From positions 2,328 to 66,327 of IMG/VR virus record IMGVR_UViG_3300007512_000031: a stretch of DNA of 64,000 nucleotides; one strand, given 5' to 3'. Under the pieces are notes generated by a model. It had not been told where the DNA came from and made no database searches. It worked only from the letters and a program-made list of their open reading frames with translations. Below are positions 49,156 through 57,660 of this stretch, piece after piece. Source of the DNA: a virus. The translations under genes were made by a program, and so were the position numbers. Positions within the stretch are counted from its first letter, which is position 1; every line of letters begins with the position of its first letter.

Positions 49156-51441
49156 ATGGCAGACATAAACACCACAATTAAAAAACTACAGGATAAGGTT
49201 GAAGAAGCCAAAAAAGGTGTTCGCGCTACCATGACCGTTGAAGAATTGAGTCGTGAATCTATAAGAGATATTGTTCGAGAAGTTGGAGAAACAAATGCAT
49301 ATTTGAATAGTGTATTTGATAAACAAGATACAGATTTAGGAGTCACTACCAGAGAACTTAGAAACGAATTAAACAAACTTGTAGAAGAAAGTACAGATGC
49401 AAGTAGAGACAGATTAAGTGAAATAGAACAAAGAGCAAAAGACATTGCTACTGTTGCGGGTGAAGAAGGCACAGATGAAAGTGAATTAATAAAACAAATG
49501 GCTCAAAATGTCCGAGGTGCTGCTAGAAAAGCAAGAAGTGTATCTGCTACTAGTGGTAGTACTGCTGTATTGGGAGAGAGTTTATTTACAGGATTATTTG
49601 GAGATAAATTTGGTAGATGGTTATTAGATACTCCCGCGGCAGGAAAAAATCAAAAGAAAAGAAGGCTTGCAGAACTTAGATTGCAAGTTGCACAAAGTAG
49701 ATTATCAGAGATGGTAGGTGGTGGTGTTGCTTCGTCTACAGAATATGCAGCAGAGGAAGCAGAAGAAAAAAGAGAAGCAGAAATTCGAGAAACCGATGTG
49801 AAACGAAAAGAAGATGAGGTAATTGGTCTGTTACATCAAATTCTTTTGTTGTTAGGGAAAAACGGAGTTGCATTAGATTATGGTGGTACTGTTCCTGATG
49901 GTGCAGGTGCTGCGGGCGGTGATGCGGGCAGTGGTGGAATAGGTGTAGGTGATGTTGTCACCACGATAGGCGCTGCCGGTGGTGCTGCAACAATTGCAAA
50001 TCCTACTTCAAGAAATTTTATTTGGAGAAATATTAGAAGAGTATTGGGACTGGGTGCTAATAGCACAAAAAACATGGCGTCTAGAACAATACCAAGGGCA
50101 ATAAGCACAGGCTTATTTTGGGGCAGTCAAGGTTGGGGTAGAACAGTAACAGCAAAGGTTACAGAAAAATCAACAATGGCAATGCTATCAAATGGAATGC
50201 GATTAGTTGTTGATAAATTTGGAAAAATTACCATCAGAAATTCTGCTGGAAGAATGGTAAAGAATCAAGCAATGCTATTAGAGCAATTAGGATTACCTTC
50301 TGCTTTAAGAGCAGGTTCAACTGCTGATGATGCATTAAAAATTGCAATAAAAAGTGGACGAATGGCAAGACCAGGATTTTGGAGGAATTTCTTAAATCCG
50401 AGACTAACCGCAAGAGGTCTAGGAAGAACAGCACGAACAAATGCCCTGTTTATGCTTCCATTTGCTACCTATGATGTTCTTAGCGGAATGACAGAATCAT
50501 ATAAAACTGGAGGACATCAAACATTAGGTGAAATGTCGATGGACGCAACTGCTGCTTATGGTGGTGCTACTAAAATGCTAAGAGGTATAACCTGGTTAAA
50601 TGAACTATTAGGACAAGATTTAGGAACTAATGAAGAAATTGCTCAAGGGTTAGAAGCAGCATTTCATGGTGTTGATATGAGTAAGCAATGGGATATGATG
50701 AATGTTATATTACCTGCTAGGCGTAAAAGACAAAAAAAATTATTAAAAATGATGGCGGGTGGATTTGACCCAAAATCTACACACGGGAAAAGAATCTTTT
50801 ATTCTGGTCAACTTATGAATTTGCTTTATGATTTGAAACAAAATCCAAATATGACAGAATATCAAATGAGATATGTTGATGACCCACCGGGTTATGTACC
50901 GAAACCAAGGTCAGTTACATCTGTAATGGATTCATTAATAGACCAACTCGCATATGCAATTGCAGAAGATGAAGCCAAATTGGACGGAAAACCACTCGAC
51001 CAACAAAGAGTTATTCAAATCAGACGAATGTTAAAAGAAGGAAGATTTGCACCACTAGATGCTACAAATGGTGTAAGTCTTTTGCCTACTAGAATTATTG
51101 ACAAAGATAAACGAGTTCATTTTAGAGCAGAGATAATTAATAATTTAATGGAAAGTGGTGGCTTTGGTCTTCATAGAAACTATTTAAACAAAAGAATATT
51201 TGGACCTAGCGTGTCAAGAAACACGGTAGATACAATTAATCAATTAAACAGCAATGCAAGTCTTAGATTAACATCAAGTAATGTAAGTAACGCAGATAGA
51301 GCATTGGCAATGCTTATCAATCAAGACAATAGGCAAACTAATAACACGACAATGATTGCTGACCCGTTATTAGATGATGCACATTCAACAATAAATCGAG
51401 AAAGAATCAATGTCAACGAAGAAAACTTTAGTTTAAGTTGA
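49156..51441 (+). CDS. Tape-measure-like / gp29-position protein
   Basis: 761 aa, helical, with an N-terminal coiled coil, a Gly/Ala-rich centre and a DNRQTNNTT tail; follows gp26/gp51. Confidence 0.65.
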   Translation: MADINTTIKKLQDKVEEAKKGVRATMTVEELSRESIRDIVREVGETNAYLNSVFDKQDTDLGVTTRELRNELNKLVEESTDASRDRLSEIEQRAKDIATVAGEEGTDESELIKQMAQNVRGAARKARSVSATSGSTAVLGESLFTGLFGDKFGRWLLDTPAAGKNQKKRRLAELRLQVAQSRLSEMVGGGVASSTEYAAEEAEEKREAEIRETDVKRKEDEVIGLLHQILLLLGKNGVALDYGGTVPDGAGAAGGDAGSGGIGVGDVVTTIGAAGGAATIANPTSRNFIWRNIRRVLGLGANSTKNMASRTIPRAISTGLFWGSQGWGRTVTAKVTEKSTMAMLSNGMRLVVDKFGKITIRNSAGRMVKNQAMLLEQLGLPSALRAGSTADDALKIAIKSGRMARPGFWRNFLNPRLTARGLGRTARTNALFMLPFATYDVLSGMTESYKTGGHQTLGEMSMDATAAYGGATKMLRGITWLNELLGQDLGTNEEIAQGLEAAFHGVDMSKQWDMMNVILPARRKRQKKLLKMMAGGFDPKSTHGKRIFYSGQLMNLLYDLKQNPNMTEYQMRYVDDPPGYVPKPRSVTSVMDSLIDQLAYAIAEDEAKLDGKPLDQQRVIQIRRMLKEGRFAPLDATNGVSLLPTRIIDKDKRVHFRAEIINNLMESGGFGLHRNYLNKRIFGPSVSRNTVDTINQLNSNASLRLTSSNVSNADRALAMLINQDNRQTNNTTMIADPLLDDAHSTINRERINVNEENFSLS

Positions 51442-51447
51442 TTTAAT

Positions 51448-51479
51448 AAAAAAGACCCCTACCAACGATAGGGGTCTTT
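51448..51479. terminator. Terminator between convergent genes (probably bidirectional)
   Basis: AAAGACCCCTA/TAGGGGTCTTT 11-bp stem with a 7-nt loop and an A-tract on the left. Confidence 0.85.
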
Positions 51480-51507
51480 AGGGGGTGGCGAAATTTAGGA
51501 TACCCGA

Positions 51508-52407
51508 CTATCCATCATTTGCCAAATTCTCAAAGTATGACAATGCATCACCATCTTCAACATCTTCACCACTGATGTCATTGCTTTCCTTTGAGTTTTC
51601 AGGAGGAGAGTCAAAAGGAGTTTTAAAATCTTCTTCTGTTGTGTCCTCTGCTGTTTTGGTGTATTGTCCATCTGAACCCAAAACACTATTCAATCTAACT
51701 TTTAATTCATCATATGATTTAAAATTAGATTCATCTGAAAATTCTTTAAGAGCATATTGACTCTTCCAAAGTTCTTCCAACTTTGCATCATCTCCATCAA
51801 GAACGGCAGAAGATGTTTCAAATTCACTCTTATCATAATTAATGAATCCTGCAACCTTACGAACTTTTAGTCTAAAGTTTGCACCTTGCCACAAATCAAA
51901 CGGATTGATTGCTTCTTCATCTTCAAATTCTGGCTTCATTGTTTCCATAATCTTGTCGAAGATTTTCTTTCCAAACTTATACAAGAAAACTTTACCTTCG
52001 TTTTCAGGATTTTTTGGGTCACTCACAACAAGAATATTTGCAACATAACTCAATCGCCTTTTACGATTTCGTGCAATATCTTTGTCTGATTCAATACCAC
52101 TATTCCACAATGCGCTGTTTGCTTCGCATACTGGACATTTTTTACCCAAAGTTGTTGGACAATTATCAATCAACCAACCGCCTGGTCCTTTAAACCCATG
52201 ATTAAAAACACGAACCCAAGGAAGGTCCTCATTTTGTGATGCTGGAAGAAACCTAATCACAGCATATCCGTTTGATGCTTTGTCTAGTTCTGGCTTCCAG
52301 AATCTGTCGTCTTTATATGACTCACTCTTTTTCGACAACTTATCGAGTTCGGTCGTAAGTTTGTCAAAATTACCTCTTGAATCTTTTTTCAAATCTTGAA
52401 ATGACAT
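51508..52407 (-). CDS. gp32: Single-stranded DNA-binding protein gp32
   Basis: DDRFWKP, NGYAVIRFLP, NCPTTLGKKCPVCE, GKVFLYKFGKKIFDKI, NPFDLWQGANF, NYDKSEF, acidic tail ending LSYFENLA. Confidence 0.97.
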   Translation of the reverse strand: MSFQDLKKDSRGNFDKLTTELDKLSKKSESYKDDRFWKPELDKASNGYAVIRFLPASQNEDLPWVRVFNHGFKGPGGWLIDNCPTTLGKKCPVCEANSALWNSGIESDKDIARNRKRRLSYVANILVVSDPKNPENEGKVFLYKFGKKIFDKIMETMKPEFEDEEAINPFDLWQGANFRLKVRKVAGFINYDKSEFETSSAVLDGDDAKLEELWKSQYALKEFSDESNFKSYDELKVRLNSVLGSDGQYTKTAEDTTEEDFKTPFDSPPENSKESNDISGEDVEDGDALSYFENLANDG

Positions 52408-52461
52408 ATATTTGTCTCCTTATTCGTTGTGTACGGTATGTACGGTGTATTCGATATGTTT

Positions 52462-52489
52462 ATTATACTACAGAAATTACTTCAGTCAA
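52462..52489 (-). promoter_or_regulatory. Sigma70-type promoter for gp32
   Basis: TTGACT (52489-52484), 16-nt spacer, TATAAT (52467-52462). Confidence 0.65.
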
Positions 52490-52494
52490 GTAAA

Positions 52495-52710
52495 TTATAC
52501 TGGTAATTCTGAATTTTTTGGTAAAAGGTTATAATCCATACCTTCAACCTGAATTTTTTCTATAATAGGTAAAGAAAGCAATTTGGCAGATGATTGTGGG
52601 TCTAGTTGTGTTTTGTCTGAAACAGTTAAAACAGCCTCTATATAAGAACCACATATTTTTGCCTCTTCTTCAACCATATGGCAGAATTCAGACGAATCTA
52701 TACTAATCAT
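52495..52710 (-). CDS. gp33: Late promoter transcription coactivator gp33
   Basis: 71 aa; F...VE...SYIEAV...AKLLS..IIEKIQVE...NLLP....LPV pattern; upstream of gp32. Confidence 0.8.
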   Translation of the reverse strand: MISIDSSEFCHMVEEEAKICGSYIEAVLTVSDKTQLDPQSSAKLLSLPIIEKIQVEGMDYNLLPKNSELPV

Positions 52711-52737
52711 GATACAATCTCCTATTCATATATATGA

Positions 52738-52765
52738 ATGATACTATAAATAATTTCAATGTCAA
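52738..52765 (-). promoter_or_regulatory. Sigma70-type promoter for gp33
   Basis: TTGACA (52765-52760), 16-nt spacer, TATCAT (52743-52738). Confidence 0.5.
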
Positions 52766-52778
52766 TTCATTATACATA
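52745..52778 (+). promoter_or_regulatory. Late promoter candidates for the 52814 operon
   Basis: TATAAATA at 52745-52752 and TATACATA at 52771-52778 upstream of an AGGAGA RBS. Confidence 0.6.
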
Positions 52779-52813
52779 TATTCAGTAAAATATTTTACTA
52801 TTAGGAGAAATAT

Positions 52814-53821
52814 ATGAGTAAAGGTACAATCCAATTAGGTGCTGGATCCAGCGATGGCGCGTTTATATTAACAGAACAATTTACGGGTACAGCAACAGGG
52901 GTTAGTGGTGCAACTACTGGACCAATTGATGTACAAGTTTTTAAAATTGCTTGGGGATCAACTGGAGAATTTTATTGGGCAGATGAAGAAACATCTGGCT
53001 CAGGTACAGCGGGTGCTGGTGCTGCACCCCTTCCAATTCAATTAAGAGACAGTTCTGGTAATGCATTCAGTTCCACCGCAATCACTGGTTCTTCAAACAG
53101 AATGCTTGATGTAAATATTAGGAGCCAATCTGGAACAGGTTCTGTTTTATACATTGCAAATAAAGATGCAGGAGCAGTAACTGGCTCATATATTGCCGTG
53201 GCAGGCAGCACAGATGGTGCATATATTCCAGTTGCAGGTTCAACTGCTGGTGGTGCTATTCCTCATATTGGCGCAACCACTGACAATTATCTCACATCAC
53301 CCACAGGTGGTACACAAGGATGGGAAGGAACAATCTCATCAAAATTAAGAACTATGACATCTGCCGTTCATTTATTGAAGCACGGCGGAACGGCAAATGA
53401 TGGAAATTATTATGCAAGTGGTGTTTCCGCAGACATTCGTTCATCTGCAACACTTACAATGCAGGCAACTGGTGGAATGACTGCCGCAATCAGTGCTGTA
53501 GCATCAGGAGTTACAATTGGAATTGGTAGTGTTTCTGTTGATAATCCTGTAGTAATTGCATCGCGAACTGCTGGTGCAACATTTGAGCAAGTAAATGGTA
53601 CATCTACCACATTACAATCGGGTGTGAGAATTAAAAATGTTGCTGGTTCTGGAACTATTACAGTAACATATGATTCTGCCGCGGGCACTACCACAGGAAT
53701 GACTGGTGGATTTGAATTGGACGACAGAGAAGAATTGTTTGTCGAAGCAGATAATTTAAATACCGTATACATAAAAAGTGGTACAACTGCTGGTATTACA
53801 TTCTCATATTACGCAACATGA
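52814..53821 (+). CDS. Putative virion structural/decoration protein (Gly/Thr/Ser/Ala-rich)
   Basis: Late promoter, many GxTG/GxTA motifs, and a C-terminal SGVRIK...GFELDDREELFVEADNLNTVY beta domain. Confidence 0.65.
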   Translation: MSKGTIQLGAGSSDGAFILTEQFTGTATGVSGATTGPIDVQVFKIAWGSTGEFYWADEETSGSGTAGAGAAPLPIQLRDSSGNAFSSTAITGSSNRMLDVNIRSQSGTGSVLYIANKDAGAVTGSYIAVAGSTDGAYIPVAGSTAGGAIPHIGATTDNYLTSPTGGTQGWEGTISSKLRTMTSAVHLLKHGGTANDGNYYASGVSADIRSSATLTMQATGGMTAAISAVASGVTIGIGSVSVDNPVVIASRTAGATFEQVNGTSTTLQSGVRIKNVAGSGTITVTYDSAAGTTTGMTGGFELDDREELFVEADNLNTVYIKSGTTAGITFSYYAT

Positions 53822-54726
53822 GTGCTTTTGAAAAAGTTTGTAAACAAAAATCTTCTGCAAAGGCAGGTCTTAAAGGTCTTTCTCAGAAAGTAGCATCCCA
53901 GCGTGGACATAAAATCAAAAGACGATTAATGTTTCGTGGTGGAATAGATGCAAACAACTTTGATCCTAAGGATATTAGTGGATTAACTTTGTGGTTGAAA
54001 GCAGATTCATTATCTCAAACAGACGGTTCTGATGTTACAGAATGGACAGACCAATCAGGAAATGGAAATGATGTTAGTGTCCCATCAGATGCATCAAACC
54101 GACCACACTATACCACAAGTGTTATTGGAGGGAAACCTGCAATTTCATTTACAGGTTCGAATGACGAATATTTAGATTGCACAGGGCTAAGTAATTTCTT
54201 TAAAGATAATGATTATACTGTAATTGCCATGATTCAACCAGAATCTGTATCATCTGATCAACTAATTTTTGGAAGATATAAAACAACAGATTGGTCCAGT
54301 TCATCAAACAACAATTTAAACCTATTTGCAATGGGAATTAATAGTTCTTCTAAACCTATAATTATCGGTAAATCTCCATCCAACGATAAATCAGCCAGCA
54401 CCAGTTCAGTTTCAACTAGTACACCGTACATTTTTATTGCAAGATATAAGGATTCTTCTACAACTCAATGGAATTTTATAAATGGCACTAAAAAGGATAA
54501 AGAAACTGATTGGGCGAAAGGAACTTCTGCTCTTGCTGGTCAGCCTGTCATAGGTTTGCAGTATTCTACTGGTAGAGGTGGAACTAGTTATTACAATCAA
54601 TACACTGGATACCTTGCGGAATTAATAGTATATAATTCAACGATTTCTGAAAAGAATTTAAAAGCAGTACAGAATTATCTTGTGGATAGATACAGTTTAG
54701 GTAAAATGACTATACCACGGATTTAA
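53818..54726 (+). CDS. LamG/concanavalin-A-like domain protein
   Basis: PKDISGLTLWLKADSL...VTEWTDQSGNGND...PAISFTG...GYLAELIVYN...VQNYLVDRY is the typical pattern of this lectin-like domain. Confidence 0.8.
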   Translation: MSAFEKVCKQKSSAKAGLKGLSQKVASQRGHKIKRRLMFRGGIDANNFDPKDISGLTLWLKADSLSQTDGSDVTEWTDQSGNGNDVSVPSDASNRPHYTTSVIGGKPAISFTGSNDEYLDCTGLSNFFKDNDYTVIAMIQPESVSSDQLIFGRYKTTDWSSSSNNNLNLFAMGINSSSKPIIIGKSPSNDKSASTSSVSTSTPYIFIARYKDSSTTQWNFINGTKKDKETDWAKGTSALAGQPVIGLQYSTGRGGTSYYNQYTGYLAELIVYNSTISEKNLKAVQNYLVDRYSLGKMTIPRI

Positions 54727-55387
54727 AATTAAATTCTTTTTGATAACTGCGAATTGCTTTCAATAACTGCTTAACATAATTGATTGGGTTTGCTTCAAAC
54801 ACTTGACTTTCACCTTCTTCTGTCGCAATCATAATTACTATATTGTCAATCGGTGTTCCAGTCATCTCTTGCCACATAATGGCATATGCTGTTGCTTGCA
54901 TAAAGTAATTTTCAATATCTTCTTCTCGTTTGATTTTTGTCGAACCTTTGAAATCGATGATTGAAAGTTTACCTTTATATTCCCCAACACAATCTACACG
55001 ACCAGCCAATTCTAAAGTAGAAGACCACAGTGGAACTTCTTGTGCGTGTACATTATCGATATTATCTAGTTCTGGTTGCAGTTGCAAAAACAAATCAAGA
55101 ATTGGCAAATCTACTCTACCCTTATCTTTTTTCAGATTGAATTCGTTGTTAATATAATCCTCGATAAGAGAGTGGAGTTTGTTTCCACGATTCAACACTC
55201 TCCTAGATTCTGTGGGATTCTTCGCTCTCCATTCGGCAAAGAATTTTGATTTTTCCCAACCAGTAACAGTAGTCACCGAAGGATATGCACCTTCTGGTGT
55301 TTCATAAAATCTACTGCCATTTTGGTTTGTTGTTTTTAGATTGGTAAATTCTTCAATTACCACATGATTAAAGTTTTTCACATTCAT
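54710..55387 (-). CDS. PD-(D/E)xK exonuclease (Cas4/RecB-like, conserved in T4-like phages)
   Basis: YPSVTTV, RGNKLH, LAGRVDCVGEY, IIDFKGS, YFMQATAYA. Confidence 0.9.
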   Translation of the reverse strand: MNVKNFNHVVIEEFTNLKTTNQNGSRFYETPEGAYPSVTTVTGWEKSKFFAEWRAKNPTESRRVLNRGNKLHSLIEDYINNEFNLKKDKGRVDLPILDLFLQLQPELDNIDNVHAQEVPLWSSTLELAGRVDCVGEYKGKLSIIDFKGSTKIKREEDIENYFMQATAYAIMWQEMTGTPIDNIVIMIATEEGESQVFEANPINYVKQLLKAIRSYQKEFNFKSVV

Positions 55388-55401
55388 ATTATTCTCACAT
55401 T

Positions 55402-55429
55402 ATTATATCACAAATTAATTAAAATTCAA
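55402..55429 (-). promoter_or_regulatory. Sigma70-type promoter for the exonuclease
   Basis: TTGAAT, 16-nt spacer, TATAAT with extended -10 TG. Confidence 0.55.
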
Positions 55430-55434
55430 CACAA

Positions 55435-56463
55435 TTATTTCCAATATTTCAGCCAATCGTTTCTTTTGTTTTCCCAGTGTTTTGGTGTTCCTATTCCAAG
55501 CATTTTATCTATACTTGCTCTGGCGCCAGATGCAACTGGCGATGCAGGCATAGCAGTAACATAATTAGTTTCTTGAAGTGATTCCATAAACTGGCCAGTT
55601 GTAAATTTGTCTCGTTCTCTGTCCAAAATGTCTTTCAGTTGCACCTTGATAGCATCTGTATATTTGGTAACAAAATTTTGCGAATCTCTTGTTTGACCTG
55701 GCTGTAAAGGTGGCTGTTGCTCTTTTGCTTCTGGTGGAGCGGAAGGTTGATCCACCAACGATGCAGGGATTTCTTGTCCTTGCGGTGATCCCATTTCTGC
55801 TGTTTGTGGTCCCATTGTGAACGGCATTTTTGGACCAGTGGTCAATTGTTCTTCTGGTTTGGTTGACCGCATATGATGTCTAGGACTTTCGGAAGGAATT
55901 CCCATCCTTGCACCAAAATCGTCTGATGGTTTCATCTCTTGTTGTTCTGGTGCAGGTGGTTGTTGTCCCATCGGAGGCATTCCACCCATAGATGGCATTC
56001 CTGTTGGTGGAACTGGTGGAAGTCCTGGAAGTTCATCGAATGATGGTCTTCCTTCTTTTTCTTGTCCCATCATATCCATTGGAGGCATTCCACCCATATC
56101 CATTGGAGGCATTCCACCCATATCCATCGGAGGCATTCCACCCATATCCATCGGAGGCATTCCACCCATATCCATAGGTGGTTGTTTTGTTGCAGATTGT
56201 GCAAGAGTATCTAATCCAATATCCATACTCATAGCACCCGGCGCTCCAGTTTCTAAAGGTTTAACTTCACCCATTCCAAAAGGTTCTTGTACACCTGGAC
56301 CGGGTGATGGAACTTGAGGAACTTGTTGATTCATTGCACTAGCAACTCTTTGAGCCATCTGTGTAAACTTTTCTTCGTCTTCTCTGCGTTTATTAAATTG
56401 TTCCGTCATATCGACAGATGCAGTTTCAACTAAATTTTTCCAATTGTTTTTATCGATTCTCAT
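55435..56463 (-). CDS. Pro/Met/Gly/Gln-rich disordered protein, candidate internal head protein
   Basis: Probable start MRIDKNNWKNLVET at 56463 (GAGGA RBS, CATAAATA upstream); contains PPMDMGGM repeats. Confidence 0.7.
   Translation of the reverse strand: MRIDKNNWKNLVETASVDMTEQFNKRREDEEKFTQMAQRVASAMNQQVPQVPSPGPGVQEPFGMGEVKPLETGAPGAMSMDIGLDTLAQSATKQPPMDMGGMPPMDMGGMPPMDMGGMPPMDMGGMPPMDMMGQEKEGRPSFDELPGLPPVPPTGMPSMGGMPPMGQQPPAPEQQEMKPSDDFGARMGIPSESPRHHMRSTKPEEQLTTGPKMPFTMGPQTAEMGSPQGQEIPASLVDQPSAPPEAKEQQPPLQPGQTRDSQNFVTKYTDAIKVQLKDILDRERDKFTTGQFMESLQETNYVTAMPASPVASGARASIDKMLGIGTPKHWENKRNDWLKYWK
56071..56181 (-). repeat. 24-bp coding tandem repeat, about 4.6 copies (PPMDMGGM)
   Basis: Plus-strand unit CATATCCATYGGAGGCATTCCACC at 56071, 56095, 56119 and 56143, with a partial copy at 56167. 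Confidence 0.95.
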
Positions 56464-56479
56464 TGTTATCCTCTTATAT

Positions 56480-56929
56480 TTATGCTGGAACTGGTCCACC
56501 ATCTGGGTCTGGTGGAGTATTACCACCCCATCCATAGCCACCTTGTCCCCATTGAGCAAGAATGCTATTTAATCCGTTTTGATTCCATCGCCCACCGATA
56601 ACACCATTTACAGTATTCCAAGCATGTTGAACATATGGTGGATATCCCATTGCAGTCCAGTTAATCGTTTGTGGGTTTTGGAAATCTCCTTGCATATTTT
56701 GAAGCATTTCTATAAACCACATAAACCAATTTAGAATTCCTTGACCAATTGGTGCGTCTTCTGGAATGGGATTAGGCATATCAACAGGTGGGACCGATCC
56801 GCCAGGGGCAGTTTCTATTGGATATTTTGGTTTTGCGTTTCCATCTGGTACTTGCGGCCAATCTTCACTAATCATTTCTGGTGCTGAATATTGTTTTGCC
56901 CAATCGTAAAATGTTTCTTGCAATCCCAT
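56480..56929 (-). CDS. Hypothetical Pro/Gly/Trp-rich protein, candidate internal head protein
   Basis: Leader ETFYDWAKQYSAPEMISE is similar to EIFTNWAQQYGPPEILDE of 6692-7102. Confidence 0.7.
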   Translation of the reverse strand: MGLQETFYDWAKQYSAPEMISEDWPQVPDGNAKPKYPIETAPGGSVPPVDMPNPIPEDAPIGQGILNWFMWFIEMLQNMQGDFQNPQTINWTAMGYPPYVQHAWNTVNGVIGGRWNQNGLNSILAQWGQGGYGWGGNTPPDPDGGPVPA

Positions 56930-56933
56930 TTAA

Positions 56934-57362
56934 TTATCTCCTGTTTGTCCAGTCACCATAAGATGGCGCTGGAATAAATGTTTTTGGTTCTATTTGATGT
57001 TTTTCTAAACTTTGTTGAAGTTTACCTACAATTTGGCTATCTTTAAAACTTTTCAATGTATTAATGTAACCTTTTACTCTTTTTCTTTCTTCTGTATTCA
57101 TATTATTTAAAATTTGTTTCAACTGTGCTTCATCATAAGTATGATATAATTCTGGTAGAGAGTCCATAACATTTTTAAAATCATATGCATATGAATCTCG
57201 CCCCAATATGTTTACCGAACCCGTATCAGAAACAACTACATCAGAAGCACCAACACCTAATCCTGCAATACTTGTTGCGGAAAGGTTTGCGAATTTACCG
57301 TCTTCACCCTTTTCAGTAAGAAGTTCTCTTTGCTCTGATAAAAATGTATTGTACTGTTTCAT
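56934..57362 (-). CDS. Hypothetical protein with CTS-like leader
   Basis: N-terminus MKQYNTFLSEQRELLTE. Confidence 0.7.
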   Translation of the reverse strand: MKQYNTFLSEQRELLTEKGEDGKFANLSATSIAGLGVGASDVVVSDTGSVNILGRDSYAYDFKNVMDSLPELYHTYDEAQLKQILNNMNTEERKRVKGYINTLKSFKDSQIVGKLQQSLEKHQIEPKTFIPAPSYGDWTNRR

Positions 57363-57366
57363 ATAT

Positions 57367-57627
57367 TTAACTTAAAATTAGAATATCTGTTGCGGTAGTT
57401 GCAGCAGAACCATCAGTTGCACCGTGTATCGTATTTGTTGCGATGGAATATACCGAACCCGCAACAACATTCTTTAGAAGAACTTTTTGCCCACCATATG
57501 TTGTAAGTCCAATATCTCCTGATGCTCCTGCATAGATTGCTCTACCGTATGCTGTCTTGTCGCCTGCAAATGTTGCACCTGCGGCAATTCCTAAATCTTC
57601 TGCATTTTGATAACCTCTAAATGGCAT
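57367..57627 (-). CDS. Head-spike base-like small protein (RcGTA Rcc01079-like)
   Basis: RAIYAGASGDIGL...G..VLLKNVVAGSVYSI......TTATDILIL matches my recollection of that family's pattern; TATACATA upstream. Confidence 0.65.
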   Translation of the reverse strand: MPFRGYQNAEDLGIAAGATFAGDKTAYGRAIYAGASGDIGLTTYGGQKVLLKNVVAGSVYSIATNTIHGATDGSAATTATDILILS

Positions 57628-57660
57628 AGTATAATCTCCTGTTTACTACTCTATGTATAA

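Noticed and set aside
54710-55387. Cas4-like nuclease as evidence of a CRISPR-Cas system
   Set aside because: It matches the stand-alone exonuclease common in T4-like phages; there is no array or other cas gene in the window.
56071-56181. 24-bp direct repeats as a possible CRISPR array
   Set aside because: The repeats are contiguous with no spacers, preserve the reading frame and vary at synonymous positions; there is no cas operon.
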